Shown here: positions 8,126 to 19,313 of the stretch, one piece after another
Layout of the letters: each line of letters opens with the position of its first letter
How positions within the stretch are numbered: position 1 is the stretch's first letter
From: an uncultured Nitrososphaerota archaeon
Lineage (GTDB): Archaea > Thermoproteota > Nitrososphaeria > Nitrososphaerales > CADDZS01
DNA: 64,000 nucleotides
Direction: 5' to 3'
Assembly: GCA_963799845.1 (NCBI GenBank)
Contig: CAWCYI010000007.1
Coordinates: 32,001-96,000 of the forward strand
Program-made: the position numbers and the translations under genes
The notes under the pieces: model-generated
What the model was told of the DNA's origin: nothing
The model's input: the letters and a program-made list of their open reading frames with translations, nothing else
Databases searched by the model: none

Positions 8126-10597
8126 TTGAGCAGTATCACCCCTTCCGAGGGGAAGGATCTTCCTGTCGCAGAACTGCTCAAGAGACTTGCAACGACCGAA
8201 AAGGGGCTCTCTTCTTCAGAAGCAGCCAAAAGGCTCCAGCAATATGGAGCTAACGAGATAGTCGAGAAGAAGCGCTCCGCGATACTCGTTTTCCTACGAT
8301 ATTTTTGGGGATCCATTCCATGGATGATAGAAGCGGCAGCAATCATCTCCGCATTCTTGCAGAACTGGGATGACCTAGTTATCATCACCGCGCTCCTGGT
8401 GGTAAATGTCATTGTCAGGACGTGGCAGGAGAACAAAGCGAGCAATGCAATCGAGCTGCTGAAACAGAGGCTTGCCCTTAGAGCGAAAGCACTGCGGGAC
8501 GGAAAGTGGGTTGATCTTCCTGCAAAAGAGCTCGTTCCCGGAGATATAGTGCGTCTACGCCTCGGGAACATTGTTCCAACAGACACAAAACTCGTCGACG
8601 GTACGTATCTTCAGATCGACGAATCGGCGCTAACTGGGGAATCTCTGCCTGTGGAGAAGCATCCGGGCGATGTTGCTTTCTCATCCTCTATTGTTCGACA
8701 GGGCGAGATGAACGCCCTTGTGGTTACGACGGGGATGAACACCTACTTCGGACGGACCACGAAGCTGGTTGAGGAAGCTCAGACCAAAAGCCATTTCCAA
8801 GGAGCAGTGGTGAAGATCGGTGACTATCTTATCGCGCTTGCCGCAGTCATGGTAACGATCACTTCAATCGTCGGTCTCATCCGTCAGCAGGGACCTCTCG
8901 AAATCCTTCAGTTCGGACTCGTTCTGATCGTTGCAGCAATCCCGGCGGCGATGCCGGCCGTCCTCTCCGTTTGCATGACGGTGGGAGCATCAGCATTAGC
9001 GAAGAAAGATGCCATAGTCAGCAGGCTGGTTGCCATAGACGAGATGGCGGGCGTGGATATTCTATGCGCAGACAAGACAGGAACAATCACGAAGAACGAG
9101 CTTACTGTAAGCGAAATGAAGACCTTCAAAAAATATACGGAAAACGATATCCTGCTTTTTGCAACCCTTGCCTCAAGGGAGGAAGACAACGATCCTATCG
9201 ACGACACGATCATAATGAAAGCCAAGACATTGGACGAGATGCCCGACTCGATCGCAAGTTACAAAGTAGCTTCTTTCAAGCCGTTCGATCCCGTATCAAA
9301 GCGAACCGAAGTCACGGTGGAAGCCAAAGACGGCAATGTCTTTCAGATTACCAAGGGAGCACCCCAAGTGGTTTTGTCTCTCGTCCATGACAAAGACATC
9401 GAGGGAGTCGTGAACGAGGATGTCAACAGCTTCGCCGAGAAGGGATATCGTGCCCTAGGTGTGGCAAGAACCGATGGAGTGAAAAACTGGCAATTTGTCG
9501 GGCTCATAGCGCTCTCCGATCCTCCACGAGAAGATTCAGCCGCGACGATCAAGACTGCACAGTCAATGGGAATAGATGTCAAGATGGTCACAGGCGATCA
9601 CATGGCCATAGCCAAGGAAGTCTCACAGCAAGTGGGGCTGGGTACAAATATTGTCACATCGTCCTCTATCCTCGACAAATCAGATACTGAAGCAGAATCG
9701 GTGGTGGAGAAAGCCGATGGTTTCGCGGAGGTTTTTCCAGAGCACAAGTATCGCATCGTCGACCTCCTGCAGAAGAAAGGTCACATCGTCTGCATGACCG
9801 GAGACGGCGTCAACGATGCCCCCGCCCTAAAGAAGGCTGATTGCGGGATAGCAGTGGCCGGAGCTACCGACGCCGCAAAATCTGCCGCTGCCGTAGTCTT
9901 GACGAAGCCCGGTCTCTCTGTGATCATCGATGCCGTGACCGGGAGCCGGGAGATATTCCAGCGCATGACTAACTATGCAATCTATCGCATCAACGAAACA
10001 TTCCGTGTTCTTTTCTTCATATCACTTTCAATCATCGTGTTCAAGCTCTATCCAGTCACTGCGTTGATGATTGTTCTACTTGCTCTCCTTAACGACATGC
10101 CTATCATGACGATAGCCTATGACAATGTCAAGATCTCCCAAAAACCAGAGAAGTGGAACATGCGTACGCTACTGGGAATTTCATCATTTCTGGGAATTAT
10201 CGGGACAGCATCGTCCTTCGGAATGCTCATTATCGGACTAGAAGTTTTGCACTTGAATCCGCTGGTTCTCCAGTCGTTCATATATCTGAAGTTGTCCGTG
10301 GCGGGGCACCTTGCGTTGTTCGTGGCTCGGACAAAAGGACCATTCTGGTCCGTAAGACCAGCGAAGCCGTTGCTACTTGCTGTCATATTGACGCAGCTGA
10401 CCGCGACACTAATCACAGTTTATGGCATCCTTTTGCCCGCCATGGGGTGGGAGCTAGCGGCAATCGTCTGGGGATACGCATTGGCATTCTTTTTTGTTCA
10501 AGACTTTCTCAAGGTTCGATTCTACAAGCTACTTAATCGCGAGGGCGGAGTCTTTCAAATGAAGAAAATTGAATTGCAATCGAGTCCTCTCGCCTAA
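8126..10597 (+). CDS. P-type IIIA plasma-membrane proton-efflux ATPase
   Basis: TGES, AIPAAMP, DKTGT, KGAP, DPPR, TGDGVNDAPALK, LLND (M6 Asp) and AYD motifs of the Pma1/AHA type. Confidence 0.95.
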   Translation: MSSITPSEGKDLPVAELLKRLATTEKGLSSSEAAKRLQQYGANEIVEKKRSAILVFLRYFWGSIPWMIEAAAIISAFLQNWDDLVIITALLVVNVIVRTWQENKASNAIELLKQRLALRAKALRDGKWVDLPAKELVPGDIVRLRLGNIVPTDTKLVDGTYLQIDESALTGESLPVEKHPGDVAFSSSIVRQGEMNALVVTTGMNTYFGRTTKLVEEAQTKSHFQGAVVKIGDYLIALAAVMVTITSIVGLIRQQGPLEILQFGLVLIVAAIPAAMPAVLSVCMTVGASALAKKDAIVSRLVAIDEMAGVDILCADKTGTITKNELTVSEMKTFKKYTENDILLFATLASREEDNDPIDDTIIMKAKTLDEMPDSIASYKVASFKPFDPVSKRTEVTVEAKDGNVFQITKGAPQVVLSLVHDKDIEGVVNEDVNSFAEKGYRALGVARTDGVKNWQFVGLIALSDPPREDSAATIKTAQSMGIDVKMVTGDHMAIAKEVSQQVGLGTNIVTSSSILDKSDTEAESVVEKADGFAEVFPEHKYRIVDLLQKKGHIVCMTGDGVNDAPALKKADCGIAVAGATDAAKSAAAVVLTKPGLSVIIDAVTGSREIFQRMTNYAIYRINETFRVLFFISLSIIVFKLYPVTALMIVLLALLNDMPIMTIAYDNVKISQKPEKWNMRTLLGISSFLGIIGTASSFGMLIIGLEVLHLNPLVLQSFIYLKLSVAGHLALFVARTKGPFWSVRPAKPLLLAVILTQLTATLITVYGILLPAMGWELAAIVWGYALAFFFVQDFLKVRFYKLLNREGGVFQMKKIELQSSPLA

Positions 10598-10880
10598 TTG
10601 GCGAGTGACGTCGCAGCTCTAGGCGATCTGCGATTCCACGATCATATCAAGAAGATGGGGTTCACGGGAATATAAGAAAGGATATTCGAATTGGATGATC
10701 CTTAGTCGTCAAAAGAAATTCCTCAAAAAGAAATGAAAGCCTGTTTCAACTGTGACTAACGACTAGAAAGGCAAAGGGTCAGCACGTGTAAGTGGTGGGT
10801 TCACAAGAAGTTCCAGGTTATTTTCATCTCACTATCTCAACTTTTTTCTCTTCTCTGATAATCAGATTAAAGGGCTGCTT

Positions 10881-12160
10881 CTAGCCTCCTTCAGTGACTT
10901 GCTGGTTTCCCAGTCTCCGTTCGATATAACGCAACAATAATGGGGTTTGAAGAACGATAGACAAGAAGGCAACTCCCAAAACCATGCTCGTAATCACGTG
11001 AATGTCGGAGTCGGTTAGTACTGCGGATGCGGTCAAAGATGCCGCCAATGCAATTGAGAGCGCACCTCGTACTCCGCCCAGCATGGCAACATTGCTCCAA
11101 CTAATGGGAATCCTTTCTTCAATCTGGTTAAAGATTGCAAGTATTGGGTAAACTGAAGCTGCTCTTGCCACCGTCACTGCAAGATAGGCTGTGATTATCA
11201 AAAAAATGGATTGTGTGAACGTGACGAGGTTTGTCTCGAATCCTATCAGAAGGAACGCAACAGAGTTCCCAATGAAGGCTGCGATTTCCCAGAAGGTCAA
11301 GATTGCTTCTCTTGTCTCGGGAGCTATCGTCGCCTTCATCGTGACGTTTCCAAAATAAAGCCCGACGACTGCAACCGCGATCAGTCCAGAGGCTCCTATT
11401 CCAGAAGCTAAAATGTATGATCCGTAGACGGCTGTTATTGTCAGAATCACTTCAGTAATTTTGTCTTCTGTGACGGAACTGATGCTCTTCGCTCCATACG
11501 CAATCGCCAGACCAATTATCGTACCCCCTCCGATGCTGAAGCCGAAACTCAGAAAGTCGGAAAAAACCGGCACGTTTGTAAGGGTAATAGAGGATAGGAC
11601 GATTGTAAAAATTACAATTGCAGTGGCATCGTTAAAAGCAGCTTCTGTATCCATTAGGGCAGAAAGTCTTGGAGCAACGCTTGTACGGCGGAAGATTTCG
11701 AGGACGGTTACCGCATCAGTTGGGGCAATAATCGCCCCGAACAGCAGGGAAACGGAAAGCGACAAGCCTGATATTTGCCATAGAACCAATCCTCCAACTA
11801 GAGTCGCTATGACGACCCCTACAGTAGCGAGAACAAACGAAGGTCTGATCACCGCTCGCAAGTCGGGGGTGCGAATGTGAGTCATCGCTTCAAAGATCAG
11901 CGGAGGGACGACGATCCCGACGAAGAGTCCACCCTGTACAAGGCCGGTGTAAAAGATCTTATTTGCAAGATAGTCGTTAGCAGTGGGTCTGTGATTACGT
12001 TTGAACCTAGGAATGTAATTCCGGAGAAAGCGGTTATTCCAACTCCGATGAAGACCAGGATTACAGTGTATGGTAGTTTGGCTTTGACGGACAGAAGCTG
12101 CGAGGCGAGCATGACCACCAAGAATACGATGAGAATAATCTCAATGCTCGCAACGGCCAT
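10881..12160 (-). CDS. CPA1/NhaP-type Na+(K+)/H+ antiporter, split by a -1 frameshift near 11951-11954
   Basis: APTD, EAAFND and GGVRGA motifs. Adding one base joins the two ORFs: RSFYTGLVQGGLFVGIVVPPLIFEAMTH. Confidence 0.9.
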
Positions 12161-12326
12161 GAATTTTTCAAATTGCCCTATACTACAATTAAGTTATCGA
12201 GTTATCTGGATCCGAAGAATAAATCCATCATTAACTGGGCCTCAAAACGTACCACTGTTCGTGGGATTGTGATGTGTCAGAGAATATCGATGTCATATTT
12301 GAAGATCAGACAGCGACGGAAATACT

Positions 12327-12721
12327 GTGGCTAGTGTGGGCTCGGATTCCGTAGGAAACTATTCAGCAACATTCCTAATTCGGCTGACGACAGCAGGGAA
12401 GCATAAAGTTGCCGCGACTGATGGAGTTAACAGCGCTACGGGAGTATACACTCTTGTTCCCAATCTAAGTCTGTCTCTAAAAAGCGCTAAAACCGGTAAG
12501 ATAGTTACAGAGACAGTCTCGGGAACTGGATACGCCGAAAAAATTCATTGGTCACAGTCTACATCAATGGAAGTCCCGTTGCAACGGCAACCACTGACGG
12601 CAATGGAGGCTTCACCTTTTCATTCACTGTTCCAATAGAAGTCGCTGGAAGCTACCCAGTGCAAGCAACTGACGCGAGTGGCAATACTAATTCCATTTCG
12701 CCCAGCTTTACATACAACTAG
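12327..12721 (+). pseudogene. C-terminal remnant of an Ig-like/IPT repeat surface protein
   Basis: Two similar beta-rich units (DSVGNYSATF..AGKHKVAATDG and DGNGGFTFSFTVP..AGSYPVQATD) across an A-run frameshift near 12540; no N-terminus or signal peptide. Confidence 0.55.
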
Positions 12722-12746
12722 AGAAAGACTCCCTAATCTCTGCAAT

Positions 12747-14108
12747 CTAAGACGATGATGCGAAGTATATCTGTGAGTTTGTTGTTGTTGTAGGCTGGTA
12801 CTGCCAGCATGCGAAAGCATCTGAGCCAAAGTTTACTACCCATCCAGTAGATACATCATTTGAAGTTGCAGCCGATCCAGTTGGATTGTTCGAGATGTTT
12901 ATCCCCGGTGGAGCTACCCAAGTAGTGCCTGCATTGGTGGAATCTGTCGCCATGGTATACCAGTGTCCACTGCTGACCTCCCTGCCCCAGATTGCGAACA
13001 CGTAATTTCCATAGGCAATGACATTCAGCGAGGTGCCGGTATTCACAGCCGCAGTTCCACTCTCAGATATAGGGCTGCTCCACGTCACCCCCGCGTTGCT
13101 AGATTCAATAATATAGTTCTGGGCTGCCGGAGATCCGGGATGCACTGTCACCGTGACGTAAACATTGTTCCCCCAGGCAGCGATCTTTGGACCCCACACA
13201 TCGGACAGAGATGGTGCCAGATTGATCTCACTAGACCAAGACAAACCGTTGTTGTGGCTGTATATCACGAAGGATTGACTCGTACTCCCCTTTGTCTCCC
13301 ACGTAACGTAAACATTCGAACCATATCCCCAGACCCAAGGTTCCGCACCGCAGCATCCTTTGATATGGAAGCTCTTCCAAGTAACTCCATCATTTTGCGT
13401 AACTGCTAACCCACCCGCGTCCGAGACTACTATTCCGGAGTTGGCCTCGGCATAAACCTGTGGCTCGTGGAAAGTAGAGACGTGGAAGGGAGAGGTCCAG
13501 TGAACGCCTCCGTCACTGCTCCCTATGACATAGGAATTTGCATTCTGGTCATAAGCAACGTACACAACATTTCCCCAGGAAGAAATGACTGGTGTGATCG
13601 ATCCGTTAATTCCGGTCGTGATCTGGATTGGGGTACTGAATGTTATTCCATAGTTAGTGCTCGCGGTGAAGAAGAGCTGTGGCTGGGAACCGCTTATTCC
13701 ATTGGTCCATGTGACGTAGACATTAGATCCGTTCGCGGATATAACAGGATATTGTGTTCCGAGCGTTCCGACATTCAGCTTTAAAGGTGCCGAGCTCAGA
13801 GGAGGGCTCCAAGTTGTTCCGTTGTCCGGGCTTGCCCTAAAAAATATCCCTCTGTTACCTTCAGTCCAGACGACGTAGACATGACTTCCAGAGTTGGCAT
13901 CCATGGGGAAGATTGCCATCCCTTTATCGTTGCTCAGGTTAAATGCGGCCGAAAAGACAGGTGCAGCAACTGCCGGACTCGTCGACGAGGCATACGCTGT
14001 TCCCAGAGATATTAGGGAAACTGCGAGAAAAAGCGAGACAAGACCTACCGAGATACGAACGAACCAGGTTGGTTTCAAACTCTTTTCTTGGTTTAACATT
14101 TTTTTCAA
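12747..14108 (-). CDS. Secreted BNR/Asp-box (sialidase-fold) beta-propeller protein, paralogue 1
   Basis: Signal peptide; repeated S-x-D/N-x-G-x-T-W boxes preceded by VYVxW; C-terminal SQIYFASS. Confidence 0.85.
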   Translation of the reverse strand: MKKMLNQEKSLKPTWFVRISVGLVSLFLAVSLISLGTAYASSTSPAVAAPVFSAAFNLSNDKGMAIFPMDANSGSHVYVVWTEGNRGIFFRASPDNGTTWSPPLSSAPLKLNVGTLGTQYPVISANGSNVYVTWTNGISGSQPQLFFTASTNYGITFSTPIQITTGINGSITPVISSWGNVVYVAYDQNANSYVIGSSDGGVHWTSPFHVSTFHEPQVYAEANSGIVVSDAGGLAVTQNDGVTWKSFHIKGCCGAEPWVWGYGSNVYVTWETKGSTSQSFVIYSHNNGLSWSSEINLAPSLSDVWGPKIAAWGNNVYVTVTVHPGSPAAQNYIIESSNAGVTWSSPISESGTAAVNTGTSLNVIAYGNYVFAIWGREVSSGHWYTMATDSTNAGTTWVAPPGINISNNPTGSAATSNDVSTGWVVNFGSDAFACWQYQPTTTTNSQIYFASSS

Positions 14109-14197
14109 TAATTCCTTTGAGCTTCAATTCGACGCCCCGATTCACATAGCGAGACGCTGATCATGAACACAAATTCGGGAAAAATACCCGACCTATT

Positions 14198-14223
14198 TAT
14201 CTCTAGTATGTCGAAATCTGATA
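14198..14223 (+). promoter_or_regulatory. Conserved upstream motif of BNR paralogues, copy 1 (TATCTCTAGTATGTCGAAATCTGATA)
   Basis: 22/26 identity to the reverse complement of 19314-19339; TATC..GATA dyad ends. Confidence 0.6.
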
Positions 14224-14300
14224 ATACTGGACTTTTGGTTTTCCATTTTGTGGCAATCGTTGCAATCAATAAATAGAATTTGACACTGTGAACCAAATCC

Positions 14301-15743
14301 TTGTCTACATTCGAGAGATTCAATCCAAATAAGAAAACTTTCTTGATGATTTCAACTGCGCTGGTTTTGGGGCTACTTTTCATTTTGCCATCAGTCTGCG
14401 TGGGAGCTTTCGCGTCGTCTGCCGCGAGTCCACCAGTCTTCAACTCCGCGATCAACCTGAGCAACGATGCAAGTATTGCAAAGGATCCGGCCGTATCAAA
14501 CAACGGACAGAACGTCTACGTTGTGTGGTCGGAAGGAGCAAAGGGAGTTTTCTTCAGAGTCAGGACAGACGGTGGAAGCACCTGGACGCCACCGACCACC
14601 CAGAGTGCGCTAAAGATCAGTAACAAGGGATCGGGCGCGGCTTCGTTCCCGGTAATGTTCACCCAGTACCAGTCGGTGAACACCGGCGATGTGTACGCAG
14701 CGTGGGCTCAAGGGCAGCAAGTGTACGTCGCCGCTAGCACAAACAACGGTATAAGTTTCAAGACAACCCAACTCAGCCTATCGACCTCAGGCGGTCCCGC
14801 CGAGATTCCCTCGATTGCAGCTTCCGGCTCCGATGTCTACGTCGCCTGGTATCAACCTCGTGGCTGCACTTACGCTTCGAGTGATGCGTGCATCTTCGTC
14901 TCTTACAGCAACGACAACGGTCAGACGTGGAGCGCCCCGATCTTCACCAATTCGGCGGATGGAGTCGGTGAAGAGGAAATTGTCGCCTCCGGTCACAACG
15001 CCTACCTGACCTCGGACGGCATTAATTTTGTAGCCACGTATAACGACGGACAGTCTTGGTCAAAGAGTGTCCTTCTCTACAACTCTTCTCTATTCCCGAA
15101 CTGCTCCCCGTTTTGCTTCGGACGAGAGCCATGGATTGCAGCTGATGGACTCAACGTCTACGTGACGTGGGAGGGAAGCAACCCACAACAGACAACAGGT
15201 ACCAAGACAGACTACCTCGATTACGGACGGGTTAGCACCGATGGAGGACAGACTTGGAATCCACCACTTTCGCAGGCAATGCCGACAGTCCTTACCGGTT
15301 CAACGAGAAACGACTGGGAGCCGGAGAATGCGGCGTTTGGAACAAATGTTATCACAACATTCCACGATCTCGGCAACCAGGGGATCTACATGACCTCGTC
15401 GACAACTTCTGGATCTTCGTGGAGCACTCCGGTACTCGTCAGTCCACTCCACCTGAAGAGCTCGTATGCGCACGTCTACACATCTGACGGCGTGAACGAC
15501 TTTGTCATGTGGGGACAGCAAGTGTCCTCAGGATCCTCAACATGGAATGCATACATCGCATACAGCGGAGACAGTGGGGCTACCTGGAGTTCTCCGATAG
15601 ATATCAGCAACAACGCGAATGGGGTAGCAGCTGGCAACAAGGACGTTACACTGTTCGGATTGTCTAGCAATGGGGCAAACTGTTTTGCTGCGTGGACATA
15701 CACGAACGGCGCGACGAGCCAAATATACTTCGCCTCATCTTGA
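14301..15743 (+). CDS. Secreted BNR/Asp-box beta-propeller protein, paralogue 2
   Basis: Signal peptide, Asp boxes, GREPWIA motif, C-terminal SQIYFASS. Confidence 0.87.
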   Translation: MSTFERFNPNKKTFLMISTALVLGLLFILPSVCVGAFASSAASPPVFNSAINLSNDASIAKDPAVSNNGQNVYVVWSEGAKGVFFRVRTDGGSTWTPPTTQSALKISNKGSGAASFPVMFTQYQSVNTGDVYAAWAQGQQVYVAASTNNGISFKTTQLSLSTSGGPAEIPSIAASGSDVYVAWYQPRGCTYASSDACIFVSYSNDNGQTWSAPIFTNSADGVGEEEIVASGHNAYLTSDGINFVATYNDGQSWSKSVLLYNSSLFPNCSPFCFGREPWIAADGLNVYVTWEGSNPQQTTGTKTDYLDYGRVSTDGGQTWNPPLSQAMPTVLTGSTRNDWEPENAAFGTNVITTFHDLGNQGIYMTSSTTSGSSWSTPVLVSPLHLKSSYAHVYTSDGVNDFVMWGQQVSSGSSTWNAYIAYSGDSGATWSSPIDISNNANGVAAGNKDVTLFGLSSNGANCFAAWTYTNGATSQIYFASS

Positions 15744-16031
15744 GAGATGAGCGGAGGTCCTTTCTTTTTTCAATGTTCAAGATCTGAGAAATAAACTCTT
15801 CATCTTTTTGCTGAAAGAAGCGCCTTCGAAGAATAGTCTTGGAAATATCTTGCTGAGCTATCTTAGGTCTCACTTAAACTCCCAGACCCAGAAATCTGCT
15901 TCTCTGGATCGCATGTCGTAAGAGGGATTTGGTCTTTTCCCTTTTTTTGCAGGATCATGCAAAGCATATTCCCGTATTATCTAATTTCGATATGAGCTTA
16001 TGAAACGTGGAATCGGAGAGAAAGATTATTT

Positions 16032-16724
16032 TTGGGTGATTGTCTAACATTAAGTGTCCAGTTGCCATTGCCTTCTCCTCTTCCTCATCTGAGCGGTATC
16101 CAGTCGAGAATCCTGCTAGTCGTTTTTCAGTCTGGACAACAATTCGTAAGCAACGAAGATGTGATGAAGTCGGGTGTCGGGCACTCTGCGTGGTCCGAAG
16201 AGCAAAAGAAACTCATTGAATTGCGATTGTTGGAAAAAAGGTCTCTTCGTGTAATAAGAGGAAGGAGCGTTTGCAAGACTGTCAGCTATAAGCTCACGGA
16301 TAAGGGCCGGGCCGTTGCCTTCAACCTTTCTTGCATTTCAAAGATGATTTCTTCTCCGGAAATGTCAGAAAAACTGAATCTGCGGACTTTGAGCAGGGTA
16401 GAACTTGAAAACGAGATCATAGAATCAATCGAAGTTGCTTTAGATAGTTTTGGGATAAATCTGCTACCTCTCGTCAAGGGCATTATCGAAGATGAAGGAA
16501 GCCGTCGCTGGAAAGAAGTGATTCACGACAGTCAGCAGTTGATTACAACTCTCAGAGGTTTATTTGGTCAGTCTGGAGCCAGCACCATTGAATCGATGGT
16601 TGTTGATAACTTGAAATCTCGTTTTGACTTCGAATCGAAGGAAAATGACCTAAACAATTTGATATCTGAGCTCAAACAGAAAAATTCTGCAGGACAACTT
16701 TCGCAAACGGTTTTTGAAGTCTGA
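16032..16724 (+). CDS. Winged-helix protein with C-terminal NitrOD5/DUF3227-like helical domain
   Basis: YKLTDKGR wing motif; C-terminal LRGLFGQSGASTIESMVVDNL resembles thaumarchaeal output domains. Confidence 0.55.
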   Translation: MGDCLTLSVQLPLPSPLPHLSGIQSRILLVVFQSGQQFVSNEDVMKSGVGHSAWSEEQKKLIELRLLEKRSLRVIRGRSVCKTVSYKLTDKGRAVAFNLSCISKMISSPEMSEKLNLRTLSRVELENEIIESIEVALDSFGINLLPLVKGIIEDEGSRRWKEVIHDSQQLITTLRGLFGQSGASTIESMVVDNLKSRFDFESKENDLNNLISELKQKNSAGQLSQTVFEV

Positions 16725-16742
16725 AAAAAGTGGTGAGTACCC

Positions 16743-17150
16743 ATGTCTTTCGACATTTCTGAAATCGCAATTCTTCCATCTCCATCAACGATCCTGGTCG
16801 CCCTCGATCTCGCCACCGTTTTTGCAACAATTGGTCTCGGATATTACGCTGTGAAAATTTTCTTCCACATGCGACTGGGTAGATTAGAGAATGGTTGGAA
16901 AATGGTTACACAAGGAATTATTTCTCTATGTTTCGGATTCCTCTTTTTGACTTTTCAGCACGTGATTCCTCGTGAATCGAATTTGTACTTCTATCTTGAT
17001 GCCGTCGGCACGTTTCTGAGCATTATAGGAATAGTACTAATGATGATGGGTCTGCGTTCGCATTACCTTGTGTGGACAAGAAAGAAATCTTCTGCACATA
17101 TCTCTAGCAATGATGAACGGCAAACGAGCAGTGACATTTCCCTAACTTGA
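16743..17150 (+). CDS. Small membrane protein, about 3 TM helices
   Basis: Hydrophobic segments; GGTGA RBS; follows the wHTH gene by 18 nt. Confidence 0.7.
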   Translation: MSFDISEIAILPSPSTILVALDLATVFATIGLGYYAVKIFFHMRLGRLENGWKMVTQGIISLCFGFLFLTFQHVIPRESNLYFYLDAVGTFLSIIGIVLMMMGLRSHYLVWTRKKSSAHISSNDERQTSSDISLT

Positions 17151-17751
17151 AGGAATCCTGCGTGTAACCGATCTTCTGACTTGTTGAAAAGCCCAATGAT
17201 CTCACGATGTTGGAAGAGCCCATGATTTGATTTCATATATTTTATCAATACGTCCTAAGTAGGGATCCAACCAGGGCAAACATTCAATTTCTCAGATATG
17301 GACTGTTCAGCTTGTGCTCTGTTGAATTTCATAGGTTAACGTTTATCAGAAGAATTGCAGAAAATGTCGACTCGAAAAGAGAAATTGTCTACAGATACCA
17401 TTGGAATTGACGAAGCGATAGCTAGGGTAAGTGAGATAGCAAATCGATTGAATAATGTGCCTCGAAAGGGGAAGTAGAAGTGGAGGCGCTGGAAATCGAA
17501 TCGTCGATAACACGATCTTGGGACCAGACATGGGATTACTCAAGCCACTATGGAATGATGAGTACCATGATGTCAGGTTGTCTGTATTCGTATACAATGA
17601 TGCGCTCATGGTATCCTAGGCACGCAAGAGTAGCTGAGCGGATGGTCTTCGAACCCTGCGACTTTCTTTCTTCATCCAGTTTTGGATAGCCATTATCACA
17701 TCTGATAATCGTATTGGTTTCTTATATAACTCGTATTCGTTAAGATCAGAA

Positions 17752-17786
17752 ACAAAAGAGGAAAAGGAGGTGTAATTCTCCTCCTA
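17752..17786 (-). terminator. Hairpin plus pyrimidine-tract terminator after BNR paralogue 3
   Basis: Minus strand AGGAGG-9nt-CCTCCT followed by TTTCCTCTTTTG. Confidence 0.6.
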
Positions 17787-17790
17787 AATG

Positions 17791-19221
17791 CTAAGATCCT
17801 GCGAAGTAGATTTGGGAAGTACCCGCGTTGCTCAGGCTCCAAATCGCATAGCAGTGTGTGCCTGAAGTCGAAAGATTTGACGAAGTTACATCTGTGTTGG
17901 GTCCGGCAACACCGTTTGCATTGTTACTGATGTCAATCGGAGAACTCCAAGTAGTTCCTCCGTCGCCGCTGTACGCGATGTACTGGTTCCAAGTGGATGA
18001 TCCTGACTTTACCTGCTGCCCCCACATGACGAATACGTTCACTCCATCGGATGTGAAGATATGTCCAAACGAGCTCTTCAATTTGGTTGTGCTAAGCAGT
18101 ACTGGAGTACTCCAGCTGGGAGACTCAGTATTGACGTTGATAGCTTCAGTCACGTAAATTCCTTGGTTTGAAATGACATGGAATGTCTCGAAGAGGCTGC
18201 TTCCGTACGCGGCATTCTCCGGCTCCCAGCTGTTCTTGATGGCATCGGTCAGGTTCTGTATAGCTCCCCACGTTTTTCCTCCATCCATACTTGTAACTGA
18301 TTGGTCGTGATAACCAACTCCCGGTGTCGTACTGTTTGCTTCCCAAGTCACGTAAACTTGGTTCCCCCACGCTGCAATCCATGGTTCGCGTCCAACGTAG
18401 TACGAAGTCGTAGTGTTAGCCGGGTTATAGAGGTTGATTTGCGGCGACCAGGAAGCCCCCGAATCGTAGGTGGCAGTATAGTAGATACCATCAGCAACCA
18501 GGTACGCGCTGTTGCCGTATGCCACGATTTGCGATTCACCTGCATACGACGGATTTACAATGCCTAGAGGTGCGCTCCATGTAGTGCCGTTGTTGGTGGA
18601 AGAGGAGACATCAATGCCACCAGGTAAGACGTAATGCCCGCCACCGGCAGAGAACCAAGCAACGTACACGTTGCTCCCCCACGCAGATATTGTCGGAGTG
18701 TTCTGGGCGTTGGTTGAGTTGTGACTCAGCTGAGTAAGCTTGAATGAGAGCCCGCTATTATTGCTCACGGCTACGAAGATTTGTGATACCAAGGAACCAT
18801 TCGCCTGTTTCACTCCTTGGGTCCAAGCGACGTAGACATCTCCGCTGTTTACCCCCTGGTACTGAGTGAACATTACTGGAAACGAAGCACTTCCTCCGCT
18901 CCTACTCAGTTTCAAAGCTGGAGAAGATAGAGACGGGGTCCAAGTGTTTCCGCCGTCAGTGCTCATCCTAAAGAATAAACCTTTGCTCCCTTCGACCCAC
19001 GCCGCATAAACATTGAGTCCCTGGCTAGAAATAACTGGATTCTTTGCGTTTCCCAGATCATCACTCAAATTCACTGCAGGGCTGAAAGTTGGCGCGGTAC
19101 TAGTCGAAGCAGAAGCAAACATAGTGATCCCGCCCGCCGAAAGAATTAGGGTTAGCGCAAATGCCAAGCAAAGTACAGGGGAAGCTTTTCCAAATTTCTT
19201 GATTGAAAATCCATACTTCAT
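17791..19221 (-). CDS. Secreted BNR/Asp-box beta-propeller protein, paralogue 3
   Basis: Closely similar to 14301-15743 (ASFPVMFTQYQ, GREPWIAA, WEPENAA, WSSPIDISNNANGVA); C-terminal SQIYFAGS. Confidence 0.87.
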   Translation of the reverse strand: MKYGFSIKKFGKASPVLCLAFALTLILSAGGITMFASASTSTAPTFSPAVNLSDDLGNAKNPVISSQGLNVYAAWVEGSKGLFFRMSTDGGNTWTPSLSSPALKLSRSGGSASFPVMFTQYQGVNSGDVYVAWTQGVKQANGSLVSQIFVAVSNNSGLSFKLTQLSHNSTNAQNTPTISAWGSNVYVAWFSAGGGHYVLPGGIDVSSSTNNGTTWSAPLGIVNPSYAGESQIVAYGNSAYLVADGIYYTATYDSGASWSPQINLYNPANTTTSYYVGREPWIAAWGNQVYVTWEANSTTPGVGYHDQSVTSMDGGKTWGAIQNLTDAIKNSWEPENAAYGSSLFETFHVISNQGIYVTEAINVNTESPSWSTPVLLSTTKLKSSFGHIFTSDGVNVFVMWGQQVKSGSSTWNQYIAYSGDGGTTWSSPIDISNNANGVAGPNTDVTSSNLSTSGTHCYAIWSLSNAGTSQIYFAGS

Positions 19222-19313
19222 AAATGAGATCAGAAGATCTCCTTCTATCTTCTCACAATAAATTACTTTGGAGCATTTCTGTAAAATGGAAGGAAATTAC
19301 ACAAACAGGGCAA

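Noticed and set aside
17346-17689. Short overlapping ORFs between the membrane protein and BNR paralogue 3
   Set aside because: No coherent homology in any frame; possibly decayed DNA
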